Of a DNA stretch of 64,000 nt, positions 10,016-19,850 are shown one piece after another. Position numbers and translations under genes: made by a program. The notes below the pieces were generated by a model. The model was not told the origin of the DNA. It ran no database searches and saw only the letters and a list, made by a program, of their open reading frames with translations. Each line of letters starts with the position of its first letter. The first letter of the stretch is position 1. Source of the stretch: Dehalococcoidia bacterium (GTDB lineage Bacteria > Chloroflexota > Dehalococcoidia > Plut-88900); contig CBDFLQ010000007.1 of assembly GCA_965249275.1 (NCBI GenBank), positions 672,001-736,000 on the forward strand, written 5' to 3'.

Positions 10016-10181
10016 GGGGCCGCTCACCATGTCGTAGATCCGCCGAGGCGGGAGCTTGCTGCAAGTCCGCTGAGGCGGATCGAAGGGTCGAGCGGGGGCA
10101 CGCACTGCCAATCCGTCACGTACACACAACCCCACCCAACTCTTTGCACATTGTCATTCCGAGGCTCCGCGAGGAATCTAG
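10016..10181. repeat. Composite REP cassette (family C with two nested 21-nt hairpins, spacer, left part of family B)
   Basis: Same order as 52151-52296, including the shared spacer ACTGCCAATCCGTCAC. Confidence 0.8.
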
Positions 10182-11377
10182 GAAACCTCTGAACAAGTCT
10201 AAGTGCATAGGTAATAGGTAAGATAAGGAGAGTAAGGCCAAAGCTGAGGTGAGATTTGATGGAGCAGCCGACATTTGCAGACTTGGAATACGAGGGCAAG
10301 AAGCGAAAGACCCGCCGGGAGATATTTCTGGAGCGGATGGAGGACCTGGTTCCATGGGGAAAGTTAGAGGAGCGAATCCGGCCCTACTATTCCAGGGCGG
10401 GCCGTGGACGGAGGCCCTACGAGTTGTCGGTGATGCTGCGGATACACTGCGTGCAGCTGTTCTACAACCTGAGCGATCCGGGCATGGAGGACATGCTCTA
10501 CGAGGTGGAGTCGGTGAGGCGGTTCGCAGGTCTGAGGCTGTCCGGCCCCTTGCCTGACGAGACTACGATACTGAACTTCCGCCATCTGCTGGAAGAGCAG
10601 GAGTTGGGTCGGGGGCTGTTCGAGGAGATCAACCGTCATCTGGAGTCTCGGGGACTGAGGCTCAGGGAGGGTACGATTGTGGATGCGAGCATCATCGAGG
10701 CGCCGGCGTCTACGAAGAACCGTGCTGGAGAGCGAGACCCCGATATGCACCAGGTGAAGAAGGGGAAGGAGTGGCACTTCGGTATGAAAGTGCACATTGG
10801 TGCAGACGCTGACACGGGGGTGGTGCACAGTATGAGTACGACAGCTGCGAACGTGCATGACATGACGGAGGCGCACCGGCTGCTGCATGGAGGGGAGAGG
10901 CGAGTGTGGGGAGATGCGGAATATCAGGGAGTGGAGAAGCGGGCGGAGAATCGGGATATGGATGTGGAGTGGCGGGTGGCGATGAGACCTGGACGGCGTC
11001 GGAAACTGAGGGCGGGGAGCTGCGAGGCCTTGGCGGAGAAGAGCAAATCATCCATCAGGGCTAAGGTGGAGCATCCGTTCCTGTACGTGAAACGGCACTT
11101 CGGCTACGCCAAGGTCCGCTACAGGGGCTTGTACAAGAACACGCAACGGGTGGCGATGCTGCTGGGGCTGGCCAACTTGGTAAGGGCCGAGCGCCACTTA
11201 GCGGTGTGACGGAGGAGCAGTGTGGTCAAATCCGGGTCGATGGTGACTGGATGCCCTGACAGGCCAGAACATAGGATGCAAATAAGCCACCGAGACGCAA
11301 CATTACGACCCAACCTCTCCCCAAAACTCCATGCAAGACAACCTAAGCTGGTTTACAGTGAGTTGTTCAGAGCTTCC
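10182..11377 (+). mobile_element. IS5-family insertion sequence, 1196 bp, CTAG target duplication
   Basis: Imperfect 15-bp TIRs (GAAACCTCTGAACAA / TTGTTCAGAGCTTCC, 13/15); CTAG at 10178-10181 and 11378-11381; G-rich on + strand unlike the flanks. Confidence 0.93.
10259..11209 (+). CDS. IS5-family DDE transposase
   Basis: PDETTILNFRHLLE, GTIVDAS, WHFGMKVHIG, WGDAEY, RAKVEHPF, RYRGL. Confidence 0.97.
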   Translation: MEQPTFADLEYEGKKRKTRREIFLERMEDLVPWGKLEERIRPYYSRAGRGRRPYELSVMLRIHCVQLFYNLSDPGMEDMLYEVESVRRFAGLRLSGPLPDETTILNFRHLLEEQELGRGLFEEINRHLESRGLRLREGTIVDASIIEAPASTKNRAGERDPDMHQVKKGKEWHFGMKVHIGADADTGVVHSMSTTAANVHDMTEAHRLLHGGERRVWGDAEYQGVEKRAENRDMDVEWRVAMRPGRRRKLRAGSCEALAEKSKSSIRAKVEHPFLYVKRHFGYAKVRYRGLYKNTQRVAMLLGLANLVRAERHLAV

Positions 11378-11384
11378 CTAGGAC

Positions 11385-12113
11385 TTGCCCACTCACCTAC
11401 CGCATTCCCAATCCTCCCCTCTTAACACTCTCCTCCGCCAGGCTCTCGCCGAGCACGCAGACCCCGCGAAGGCCGAGGGCATGAAACGCTACATGAAGTC
11501 GGAGATGCCCTACCGCGGCGTCCAGACGCCCCTGTTGCGCCGACTCTGCAAAGATGTATTTCGCCGCTACCCCATCCCGGACAAGGAAGATTGGCAAGCC
11601 GCGGTGCTGGACTTGTGGAGAAACGCCTCCTATCGCGAGGAACGCTACGCGGCTATAGATCTCGCCGGGGCTAAACGCTACGAACCTTTCCGCACCCTCG
11701 ACACCCAAACCCTTTGCGAGGAGATGATAGTAACAGGCGCCTGGTGGGACTACGTTGACTCCATAGCCTCCCACCGCCTACGAGAGCTACTTGAGAAGTA
11801 CCCCGCCGAGATGTCTCAGGAAATGAGAGCATGGAGCCGTGACCGCGATATGTGGAAGCGCCGCTCTTCAATAATCTGCCAACTCAACCGCAAGTCCCAC
11901 ACCGACCTCGCCCTCCTCTTCGACTGCATCGACCCCAACCTCTCCGACCCCGACTTCTTCATCCGCAAGGGCATCGGCTGGGCCCTTCGCTCTTTGGCCT
12001 GGACGAACCTGGATACGATCGAAGATTACATAGCCCGCAACCGAGACCGTATAAGCCCCCTAAGCCGCCGCGAGGCTTTAAAGAACGCCCAGAAGATTAG
12101 ACATGCCTCTTAA
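11385..12113 (+). CDS. DNA alkylation repair protein (AlkD family)
   Basis: MKRYMKS, REERYAA, WWDYVD, FFIRKGIGWALR, SRREALK; start uncertain (TTG inside a repeat remnant). Confidence 0.85.
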   Translation: MPTHLPHSQSSPLNTLLRQALAEHADPAKAEGMKRYMKSEMPYRGVQTPLLRRLCKDVFRRYPIPDKEDWQAAVLDLWRNASYREERYAAIDLAGAKRYEPFRTLDTQTLCEEMIVTGAWWDYVDSIASHRLRELLEKYPAEMSQEMRAWSRDRDMWKRRSSIICQLNRKSHTDLALLFDCIDPNLSDPDFFIRKGIGWALRSLAWTNLDTIEDYIARNRDRISPLSRREALKNAQKIRHAS

Positions 12114-12159
12114 CTCGTCTCCATAGATGAGACCTTTTACAACGTGCAATGAAGGGGCC

Positions 12160-12219
12160 GGGGCCGCTCGTGCTGTCGTAGATCCGCCGAGGCTGGAGGC
12201 TCTCGAAGTATGAGCGGGG
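12160..12219. repeat. Family C REP with one nested 21-nt hairpin
   Basis: CCGCTCGTGCTG[TCGTAGATCCGCCGAGGCTGG]AGGCTCTCGAAGTATGAGCGGG, between convergent genes. Confidence 0.85.
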
Positions 12220-12337
12220 AGGAGGTCATCTGGGTGACACAACAGGTGCGATTTGTAGCTATGCAAGGGTCGCTAAAGGGGAGAGGATGAGGTTGGCTAT
12301 GGCATCAACACCGGCTTGACCCCAAAGCCCCCGACCC

Positions 12338-13105
12338 CTAACGACCGTTGATCGGAGGCATCCGCACCGGCGGTTTCTTCTGCGAAAGCCGTTTGAGGTA
12401 CTGGAGACCACGCTTCGTATCGCTCGCCACCCTTGCCTTGTCGTGGTTCTCCAACCGGTACTTGAAGAGCCAGTAGGTGAACTCTTTAGCCTCTGTCTCC
12501 GAAAGCACCTTCCCCACAGCCTGCCCCCGACCCTTAACGAAATCCTCCAGCAATACGGCCCGTGTGCCGCCGTAGGCCCTCTGAAAAGCCATATCCGACA
12601 CGTCCCTCTTCGAAGCCAGGCCCGCCGCCATTCGCTCCTTGCTTATCGACTCCACCAAGGCCTTCACCAGAGCCTCCTCTACGTCCACCCCATACCAATA
12701 GTTCAAAAGCGCCCGGTATTTGGACCCGCCGACCATATTCTTAAAGTCGTCGTTGCTCACCTCTATCGGCGGATGTGTCCGCTCCAACAGCTGGGCCAGC
12801 TCCTCCTTGGGTATCAACCCGTCTACGCTGTCACACAAACGGCGGGCCAAGACCATCCAGTCGAAGGCCTCCCCGGCTATCAGGTAGCACAACGGTTGAC
12901 CCTGGTACAACTCATCCGGCGCGGCCCATAACCCTATGGCTTCCAGGAGAGCCGGGTACCAGTGCTTCCCTTCATCTATCGATTCTCGAAGGTGCGCTAT
13001 CGCCGCCTCCGCCGCTTGCGTCCCTTCCTCCGACATCCCCGACTCCCAGGACACCTCCTCATGCAGCTCTTCGGTTACCACGTCTCCACTCTCCTTCGAA
13101 GTCAT
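12338..13105 (-). CDS. Hypothetical protein translationally coupled to polX
   Basis: ATG 13105 overlaps the polX TGA (ATGA); protein-like composition (GEAFDW, NYWYG, EFTYWLFKYR, ARVASDT). Confidence 0.7.
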   Translation of the reverse strand: MTSKESGDVVTEELHEEVSWESGMSEEGTQAAEAAIAHLRESIDEGKHWYPALLEAIGLWAAPDELYQGQPLCYLIAGEAFDWMVLARRLCDSVDGLIPKEELAQLLERTHPPIEVSNDDFKNMVGGSKYRALLNYWYGVDVEEALVKALVESISKERMAAGLASKRDVSDMAFQRAYGGTRAVLLEDFVKGRGQAVGKVLSETEAKEFTYWLFKYRLENHDKARVASDTKRGLQYLKRLSQKKPPVRMPPINGR

Positions 13106-14850
13106 CCACCCCTCGCAATCACCGCTCCGCCTTTCAGCGCGGCCCTGAATTCTCTCATTGGCATGGTGTTCAATATGTCTTTCGACTCGCACCAGCCTCT
13201 CTTCGCCATCGACACACCCAACCCCAGGTTTCCGAACTGTTCGGTGGCGTGAGAGTCCGAGTCTATAACTAACTTAACCCCCAACTCCCTGGCCCGATGA
13301 ATATGCTTGTCCTTCAGGTCTAACCTCCCCGGCTGTGCGTCTATTTCCATTGCGGTCCCCGTCTCCCGTGCCGCCTGTAATATAGCCTCTACGTCCATCT
13401 GCACCGGTTCCCGCTCCCCAATTAGCCGGCAGGTCGGGTGCCCGAGGATGTGAACGTTCGGGTTGTGCATCGCCTTGATTATACGGTCCGTCATCACTTC
13501 TTCCGGCTGTCCCATCGCCGAGTGTACCGACGCCACCACCACGTCCAGCTGCTCCAGCAGCTCATCAGGGTAGTCGAGGCTCCCGTCCGACCTGATGTCC
13601 ACCTCCGAGCCTGTCAGCAGTTCAATGCCGTCCAGGCTCTCGTTCAACGCCCTGATGTTGGCAATGTGGTCCCGTAGCCGCTCATTGCTCAGCCCGTTGG
13701 CAATCCCCCGCCCCGAGGAGTGATCGGTAATCGCCAAATACTCCAGACCCGCCGCCCTTGCCGCCAATGCCATCTCCATCAGTGTGTCTCGACCGTCGCT
13801 TTCGTTGGTATGCGCGTGCAGGTCTCCCCGAATGTCATTCCTATCGACCAGAACAGGTATGTCTCCCGCCGCCGCCCGTTCTATCTCGTGCTGCCCTTCT
13901 CTTAGCTCCGGGGGGATGAACTGCAATCCAAGCCGCTCATACAGAGACTCCTCATCAGCGAATATCTCCACCTCCCCAGTATCGAGATTCGTGATCCCGT
14001 ACTCGTTGATGCTCAACCCCGCCCGCCGCGCCCTCTCCCTCAGCAGAACGTTGTGCTGCTGGCTGCCCGTGAAATACTGGATCAACGATCCGTAGACTCG
14101 CTCCTCGACTATCCGTAGGTCGACTTGTATCCCTCGCTGAAGCAGAACGCTCACCTTCTTCGGCCCGTGAACCAAGACTTCAGCGACTTGAGGAAGCTCG
14201 GTAAGGGCCCTGAGCACGGGCTCCGGGTCGTCCGCTGTCCCCATCAGGTCTATGTCCCCGATGGTCTCACGTCGCCTACGCAGGCTGCCCGCCGCCTCCA
14301 ACCGATGCAGCCCCGGTACTCCCCTTAACGCCGATGCCACATCCGCGAACATCGACAGCGCCCGTCCCAGCGATATCCTCCTGTCCTTGGTTCGCAGGGT
14401 CTGCAGATGCCGCAGGATGTTGGCCGCCGCCTTCTCCCCCAGTCCCGGCAATGCGGCCACCGCTCCCTCTTTCAGCGCCGCCTCCAGCCCCTCCAGATTC
14501 GTCACCCCCAGGTCCCGGCTGATCTTAAGTGCGGTTTTCGGCCCGACACCCGGCACGTCCTTCAACTCCACAACACCTTCCGGGAACTCCCCCTTGAGCT
14601 TTTCGTAATATTCCAGTTGCCCTGTCGAAAGCAGCTCCTGCACCTTTTTGTTAATCGCCTGCCCGACACTCGGCACCTTGCCCAGCCCCTCATCACCCTC
14701 CTCCCGGAAAATCTGCGACAGTTCCGTCGGGTGATGCTCGATCGCCCTCGCCGCTTTCTTGTAAGCGCGGGTCTTGAAGACCACCTCGCCCTTCAATTCC
14801 AGCAGGTCGCCGATATTGTTGAATACCGATGCTATTTGAGCGTTGTCCAT
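13102..14850 (-). CDS. polX: DNA polymerase X / PHP 3'-5' exonuclease
   Basis: AGSLRRRRETIGDID, YFTGS; PHP motifs GDLHAHT, ITDHS, DSDSH. Confidence 0.95.
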   Translation of the reverse strand: MDNAQIASVFNNIGDLLELKGEVVFKTRAYKKAARAIEHHPTELSQIFREEGDEGLGKVPSVGQAINKKVQELLSTGQLEYYEKLKGEFPEGVVELKDVPGVGPKTALKISRDLGVTNLEGLEAALKEGAVAALPGLGEKAAANILRHLQTLRTKDRRISLGRALSMFADVASALRGVPGLHRLEAAGSLRRRRETIGDIDLMGTADDPEPVLRALTELPQVAEVLVHGPKKVSVLLQRGIQVDLRIVEERVYGSLIQYFTGSQQHNVLLRERARRAGLSINEYGITNLDTGEVEIFADEESLYERLGLQFIPPELREGQHEIERAAAGDIPVLVDRNDIRGDLHAHTNESDGRDTLMEMALAARAAGLEYLAITDHSSGRGIANGLSNERLRDHIANIRALNESLDGIELLTGSEVDIRSDGSLDYPDELLEQLDVVVASVHSAMGQPEEVMTDRIIKAMHNPNVHILGHPTCRLIGEREPVQMDVEAILQAARETGTAMEIDAQPGRLDLKDKHIHRARELGVKLVIDSDSHATEQFGNLGLGVSMAKRGWCESKDILNTMPMREFRAALKGGAVIARGG

Positions 14851-14856
14851 ATCGAA

Positions 14857-17511
14857 TTAGCTGCCGTGGCAGCGCTTGTACTTTCTCCCACTGCCACACG
14901 GGCACGGATTGTTCCGCCCGACCTTCCCCACCGCCGCCCTTGCCTTGTCCCGGGACCGTACCGGGGCCCGGCCTCCCTGCGTCGGTTGACGCGCTGTAGC
15001 TCCGTTCGGCTGTGCACGGCCGTTGCCGTTCGCCGCACTCGGCGCCGCGGTAGCTGCCCGCAATGCGTCCCGATGCTTTATATCGAGATGGAACAGTGTC
15101 CGCACTATTCCGCTGCGAATCCTGGTAGTCAGGTCTTCGAACATCTCGTGGCTCCGGCGTTTGTAGGCCACCAGCGGGTCCCTCTGCCCAAACGCCTCCA
15201 GCCCGCTGCTCTGCCTCGAGTTCTCCATCGCCGTCAAGTGGTCCATCCAGTGCGTGTCGATTGTCCTCAGCATCACGTGCCGTTCCACCGCCCGGGCCCC
15301 TTGCTCACCCAACTTATCCGCTATGTTCTGGTACCGCTTGTCCAAATGCTCCATAAAGAAGACCGTGACCTCGTCCCGGTGCAACTGGCCAAGGTGTTCG
15401 GCATCAGCCTCCGCGGGAAGGGGGAACAGTCTCTCCATTGCGGTCAGCAGCCCTTCCAGGTCCCACGCGTCTCCGTGCTCGTCTCGTAAGTAGCGGTGTA
15501 CCGTTTCGGTGATCTCCGCCTCAACCAGGCTATGTATGCTGGCATCCACATCCGTACCTTCCAGCACCTTCCGCCTCTGCCCGTAGATCATGTCTCTGTG
15601 GTTATTCGCCACGTCGTCGTAGTCCACCAGCCGTTTACGTATGTCGAAGTTGATTCCCTCCACCTTCTTCTGGGCATTCTCCACCGACTTCGATATCCAC
15701 GAATGCTCCATCGGAGTCGACTCATCCATCCGCGCCCATTCCATCACCGTCTTTATCTTGTCCCCGCCGAACCGGCGCATCAGATCATCTTCCACCGAGA
15801 TATAGAACCGGCTGCTCCCCGGGTCTCCCTGCCTCCCCGCCCGGCCCCTCAGCTGATTGTCTATCCTGCGCGACTCATGCCTGTCCGTCCCTATGATGTG
15901 CAGGCCTCCCATCTCCACCACTTTCCGATGCTCGTCCTCCCACTCTTTCTCGTCCCGTCCCTCGGGATTCCCTCCGAGGATGATGTCGGTGCCCCGCCCC
16001 GCCATGTTTGTCGCCACCGTCACCGCCCCAATCCGGCCCGCCTGCGATATTATCCCCGCTTCCCTCTCGTGGTGCTTGGCATTCAGGACCTCATGACGTA
16101 CCCCTGTCCTCATTAGCTTTTCGCTAAGCCTCTCCGATTTCTCCACTGACGTAGTACCTACCAGCACTGGCCTACCCGACTCGCTAAGTTCTTTCAGGTC
16201 CCCTACCAGCGCGTCGAACTTCCCCTTCTCCGACCTGAATATCAGGTCGGGCCTGTCCTCTCGGACCATCTCCTGATGGGTGGGGATCATCACCACGTCC
16301 AGCTTGTATATCTTGTCAAACTCCTCCGCTTCGGTGACCGCCGTGCCCGTCATGCCGGATAGCTTTTCGTACAGACGGAAGTAGTTCTGAAGGGTGATAG
16401 TCGCCAGCGTCACACTCTCACGCCTGATCTCCAGCTTCTCCTTCGCCTCAATGGCTTGGTGCAGCCCGTCCGAGTACCGCCTCCCCGGCATCAGCCTTCC
16501 CGTGAACTCATCGACTATCGTCGCCTCCCCGTCCTTCACAACGTAGTCCTTGTCCCTTTCGAAGAAAACGCGCGCTTTCAGAGCATTGTCCATGTAGTGT
16601 GTCAGGGCGTAGTGCTCCGGAGCGAACAGGTTGTCGATGTTCAGGCTCTTCTCCACCTTTGCATACCCTACGGCGTTAAGAGCCACCGACTTGTGCTGCT
16701 CGTCAATCGTGTAGTCGGTGTCCCGAGTCAGCCTCGCCGCCAGCTGCGCGAAGGTCGAGTACAGCTTCGTCGACTCTTCCGCTTGTCCGCTTATGATCAG
16801 GGGTGTCCGAGCCTCGTCTACCAAGATGTTGTCTACTTCGTCGACTATCGCGTAGTTCAGATCTCCCTGCACCGTACGTGACAGGTCACCGGCCATGTTG
16901 TCCCGAAGGTAGTCGAACCCGAACTCGTTGTTGGTGCCGTAAGTGATGTCGGTGGCGTAGGCGTCCCTGCGGGTCAGGGGTATCAGGTCCTCGAAAGGCC
17001 CGTCCTTGGCCCCTGGTGCGAACTGGAAGGATGCTTCATGTTGAAGGCAGGATACCGTCAGTCCGAGAAAGTGAAATATAGGCCCCATCCACTGGCAGTC
17101 TCGACGCGCCAGGTAGTCGTTAACCGTAATTAGGTGTACACCCTCCCCCGTCAGCCCGTTGAGATACGCAGCGAGCGTAGAGACTAGCGTCTTCCCTTCG
17201 CCCGTCTTCATCTCGGCAATCTTTCCGGCGTGCAGCGTCATGCCGCCCATAAGCTGTACGTCGAAATGGCGCTGGCCCAGCGTCCTCTTGGCCGCCTCCC
17301 TCACCAGCGCGAAGGCCTCGGGAAGCAAAAAGTCCAGGGATTCCCCCTCTCCGAGGCGGGCCCTGAACTCATCGGTCTTGGCCTTCAGTTGGTGGTCCTG
17401 CAGACGCTCGAAATCGGCCTCAAGCCCGTTTATGGCATCAACTACCGGCTGGAATCTCTGGAGTTCCGCCTCGTTGCTGTTCCCTGCTAGTTTTGACAGC
17501 CAATTAAGCAT
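14857..17511 (-). CDS. secA: Preprotein translocase ATPase SecA
   Basis: MKTGEGKT, DEVD, ATNMAGRGTDI, RRIDNQLRGRAGRQGDPG, C-terminal SEC-C CPCGSG. Confidence 0.99.
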   Translation of the reverse strand: MLNWLSKLAGNSNEAELQRFQPVVDAINGLEADFERLQDHQLKAKTDEFRARLGEGESLDFLLPEAFALVREAAKRTLGQRHFDVQLMGGMTLHAGKIAEMKTGEGKTLVSTLAAYLNGLTGEGVHLITVNDYLARRDCQWMGPIFHFLGLTVSCLQHEASFQFAPGAKDGPFEDLIPLTRRDAYATDITYGTNNEFGFDYLRDNMAGDLSRTVQGDLNYAIVDEVDNILVDEARTPLIISGQAEESTKLYSTFAQLAARLTRDTDYTIDEQHKSVALNAVGYAKVEKSLNIDNLFAPEHYALTHYMDNALKARVFFERDKDYVVKDGEATIVDEFTGRLMPGRRYSDGLHQAIEAKEKLEIRRESVTLATITLQNYFRLYEKLSGMTGTAVTEAEEFDKIYKLDVVMIPTHQEMVREDRPDLIFRSEKGKFDALVGDLKELSESGRPVLVGTTSVEKSERLSEKLMRTGVRHEVLNAKHHEREAGIISQAGRIGAVTVATNMAGRGTDIILGGNPEGRDEKEWEDEHRKVVEMGGLHIIGTDRHESRRIDNQLRGRAGRQGDPGSSRFYISVEDDLMRRFGGDKIKTVMEWARMDESTPMEHSWISKSVENAQKKVEGINFDIRKRLVDYDDVANNHRDMIYGQRRKVLEGTDVDASIHSLVEAEITETVHRYLRDEHGDAWDLEGLLTAMERLFPLPAEADAEHLGQLHRDEVTVFFMEHLDKRYQNIADKLGEQGARAVERHVMLRTIDTHWMDHLTAMENSRQSSGLEAFGQRDPLVAYKRRSHEMFEDLTTRIRSGIVRTLFHLDIKHRDALRAATAAPSAANGNGRAQPNGATARQPTQGGRAPVRSRDKARAAVGKVGRNNPCPCGSGRKYKRCHGS

Positions 17512-17521
17512 CGGGCGCCCT

Positions 17522-18463
17522 TCATCCGAACAACGCCCCTACCGACTCCCCGCCGTGGATCCTTCGTATCGCTTCCCCCAACAGCGGCGCCATCGACAGG
17601 CTCGTTACCTTGCTGTTCCTCTTCATATCTGGCAGCGGCACCGTGTCCGTCACTACCACTTCCTGTACTATCGTATCCGACAGCACGTTCGTGGCGTTGC
17701 CAGAAAAGATCGGGTGCGTGCAGCTCGAATATATGTTCTCAGCCCCTCTCTCCCTGAGTGCCTCTATTGCCGCCACCAGCGAGCCCCCGGTATCTATTTC
17801 GTCGTCGAATGTTATTGCCGTCTTACCCCTCACGTCCCCAATGACGTTCAGGCTCTGTGCAGAGTCTCCGTTGCCGACCCTCCGCTTCTCGATGATTGCC
17901 AGGGGCGCATTCAGCCGTTCCGCCATGTCTCGCGCTTTCTTCGCTATCCCCACGTCCGTCGCCACAACCACCAGGTCGTCCAGCGCCTTCTCTTCGAAAT
18001 AGCCGGTAATTATCGGCAGGGCGGTGAGCTCGTCTACCGGGATGTTGAAGAAGCCTTGGATCTGTCCGGCGTGGAGGTCTACCGTAAGGACACGGTCGGC
18101 GCCTGCCACCGTTATCAGGTCAGCCACCAGTCGCGCCGTTATTGGCACCCGAGGCTGGTCTTTCTTGTCCGTACGCCCGTACCCGTAATAGGGCACCACT
18201 GCCGTAATTCGTCCCGCCGATGCCCGCTTCGCCGCATCTATCATGATCAGCAATTCCATAAGGTTGTTGTTGACCGGCGATACTACGGGTTGCACCAGAA
18301 AGACATCCCTTTCTCGGATGTTCTCCTGGATACGGACGAAGATATTCTCGTTCTTAAACTCGAATACTTCTATCTGCCCGAGTCCCAAGCCAAGATAGCT
18401 GCAGATATCCTCGGCTAGTTTCGGGTGAGCATTGCCGGTGAAGATTTTGAGTTCATCTCTCAC
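17522..18463 (-). CDS. prs: Ribose-phosphate pyrophosphokinase
   Basis: PYYGYGRTDKK, DLHAGQIQGFF, DDEIDTGGS. Confidence 0.97.
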   Translation of the reverse strand: MRDELKIFTGNAHPKLAEDICSYLGLGLGQIEVFEFKNENIFVRIQENIRERDVFLVQPVVSPVNNNLMELLIMIDAAKRASAGRITAVVPYYGYGRTDKKDQPRVPITARLVADLITVAGADRVLTVDLHAGQIQGFFNIPVDELTALPIITGYFEEKALDDLVVVATDVGIAKKARDMAERLNAPLAIIEKRRVGNGDSAQSLNVIGDVRGKTAITFDDEIDTGGSLVAAIEALRERGAENIYSSCTHPIFSGNATNVLSDTIVQEVVVTDTVPLPDMKRNSKVTSLSMAPLLGEAIRRIHGGESVGALFG

Positions 18464-18572
18464 CCCGGCACTCCCTCGGAACGGATTACATGACTGGTTA
18501 TAAAGCAGGGAAAAAGCATCGCGCCTGTAGAGACTGGTCTCCGCCTACCCCCGATTATAGCATAGCCCCCGC

Positions 18573-19715
18573 TCATCCCCGCCCCTCGAGAAGCACTTCC
18601 CTCAGCCGTGCTATCACCTTCTCCACGTCTTCGTCTTCCAGGTTGGTGGGGATAACCGTCAGGTCGTCGGGGTTGCCCAGGTCGCTCAGGTATATCGGCT
18701 CCTCACCCGACGCCATTTCCGCAAAGACTTCGCTGGGAGTCGGCCCCATCCAGTCTCTGGTGAAGTTTATCCGCGCCGATGGAACAGTGTAGTCGTAGCC
18801 ATCGTGCTCCAGTTGCAACTTCAGCCCCGGGACCTCGATCAACGCGTCGACCACCTGCTGCATCATGGCCGTGTACCGGGCGTTTTCCTCTTCTTCGTCT
18901 TCTTCCACGAATATTTGCAGCGCTGTCAGCAACCCGATAACTTCCTCCTTCGCCACCTTCATCGACCTGCCGATAAACTGGTGGGGACTCGCATTCGCAA
19001 ACGCCGCCTCGATGAGATCGGCCCGACCACACAATATCCCCGACCCCTGCGGCCCCTTCACCCCCTTGCCTCCACTGAAGATCACCATGTCTGCGCCTTC
19101 CGAGATGAACTTCCTCAGATTCTCCCGCGGCGGCAGCATCGACGCCCCGTCCACAATCACCGGCACTCCCCTGGCGTGGGCTATCTCGCACACTTGCTCC
19201 AACGGAATCGCCCGCCGAGACACGAAGTTGGCGTGCAGGTAGGACACCGCTGCCGTCTTTTCCGTAAACGCCGCCTCCAGCTGCCACGGTGCACACCGAC
19301 GCCCGTCCCCTATCTCTACCATCTTCGCTCCCGCCGCCCTGTACGCCTGGTCGTAGGGAAACCGGTGACACCGCTGGATAATGAATTCGTTCTTCATTCC
19401 TTCGGTATCCGGCAGACGTGCCATCTTCTTCATGTCCGACCCTGCGATGCACGCAGCCGCCTGAAGCACGAGCCCCGCTGCGGCGCCGTTGGTTACCAGT
19501 CCCGACTCCGCCCCTGTGAGCTCCGCTATTACCTTCCCAGCCTGCATGTTCAGCTCATCTACGTTCACCAGGACCCGTGCTGCCTGGGCCATTATCTGCA
19601 GGGCCTCAGGCCTTGTCTTGGTCCCCCCAAACAGGGTCGTCGTACCGGCGGCGTTGATGATCGGCTTAACCCCGAGTGAACGGTACACCTGGGACGGATC
19701 GTGGCTGGAAGTCAT
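18573..19715 (-). CDS. SelA/DgaE-like PLP-dependent transferase/lyase
   Basis: INAAGT, TNGAAAGL, VIVDGA, FSGGKG (PLP Lys), GRSMKV. Confidence 0.8.
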   Translation of the reverse strand: MTSSHDPSQVYRSLGVKPIINAAGTTTLFGGTKTRPEALQIMAQAARVLVNVDELNMQAGKVIAELTGAESGLVTNGAAAGLVLQAAACIAGSDMKKMARLPDTEGMKNEFIIQRCHRFPYDQAYRAAGAKMVEIGDGRRCAPWQLEAAFTEKTAAVSYLHANFVSRRAIPLEQVCEIAHARGVPVIVDGASMLPPRENLRKFISEGADMVIFSGGKGVKGPQGSGILCGRADLIEAAFANASPHQFIGRSMKVAKEEVIGLLTALQIFVEEDEEEENARYTAMMQQVVDALIEVPGLKLQLEHDGYDYTVPSARINFTRDWMGPTPSEVFAEMASGEEPIYLSDLGNPDDLTVIPTNLEDEDVEKVIARLREVLLEGRG

Positions 19716-19787
19716 ATCTTTAAGCTCTCCTATACCTGTGGCCGGGATACCATGGAAAATGCGTAACCCGTCGATGATATCACAGAC

Positions 19788-19823
19788 AAATAAAGAGCCC
19801 GGCGGTTAAATTGCCCGCCGGGC
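19788..19823 (-). terminator. Intrinsic terminator after the Clp ATPase gene
   Basis: GCCCGGCGG...CCGCCGGGC stem followed by TCTTTATTT on the minus strand. Confidence 0.6.
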
Positions 19824-19850
19824 CCATTCTCTCTTCCTGGAACTGTGGTC

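Noticed and set aside
14407-18418. Long + strand ORFs (360 aa, 419 aa) and similar antisense ORFs throughout the window
   Set aside because: Shadow frames of the GC-rich genes polX, secA and prs on the opposite strand
18573-19715. True selenocysteine synthase selA
   Set aside because: Short (380 aa), lacks the N-terminal extension, and no selB/selC/selD nearby; better called SelA/DgaE-like
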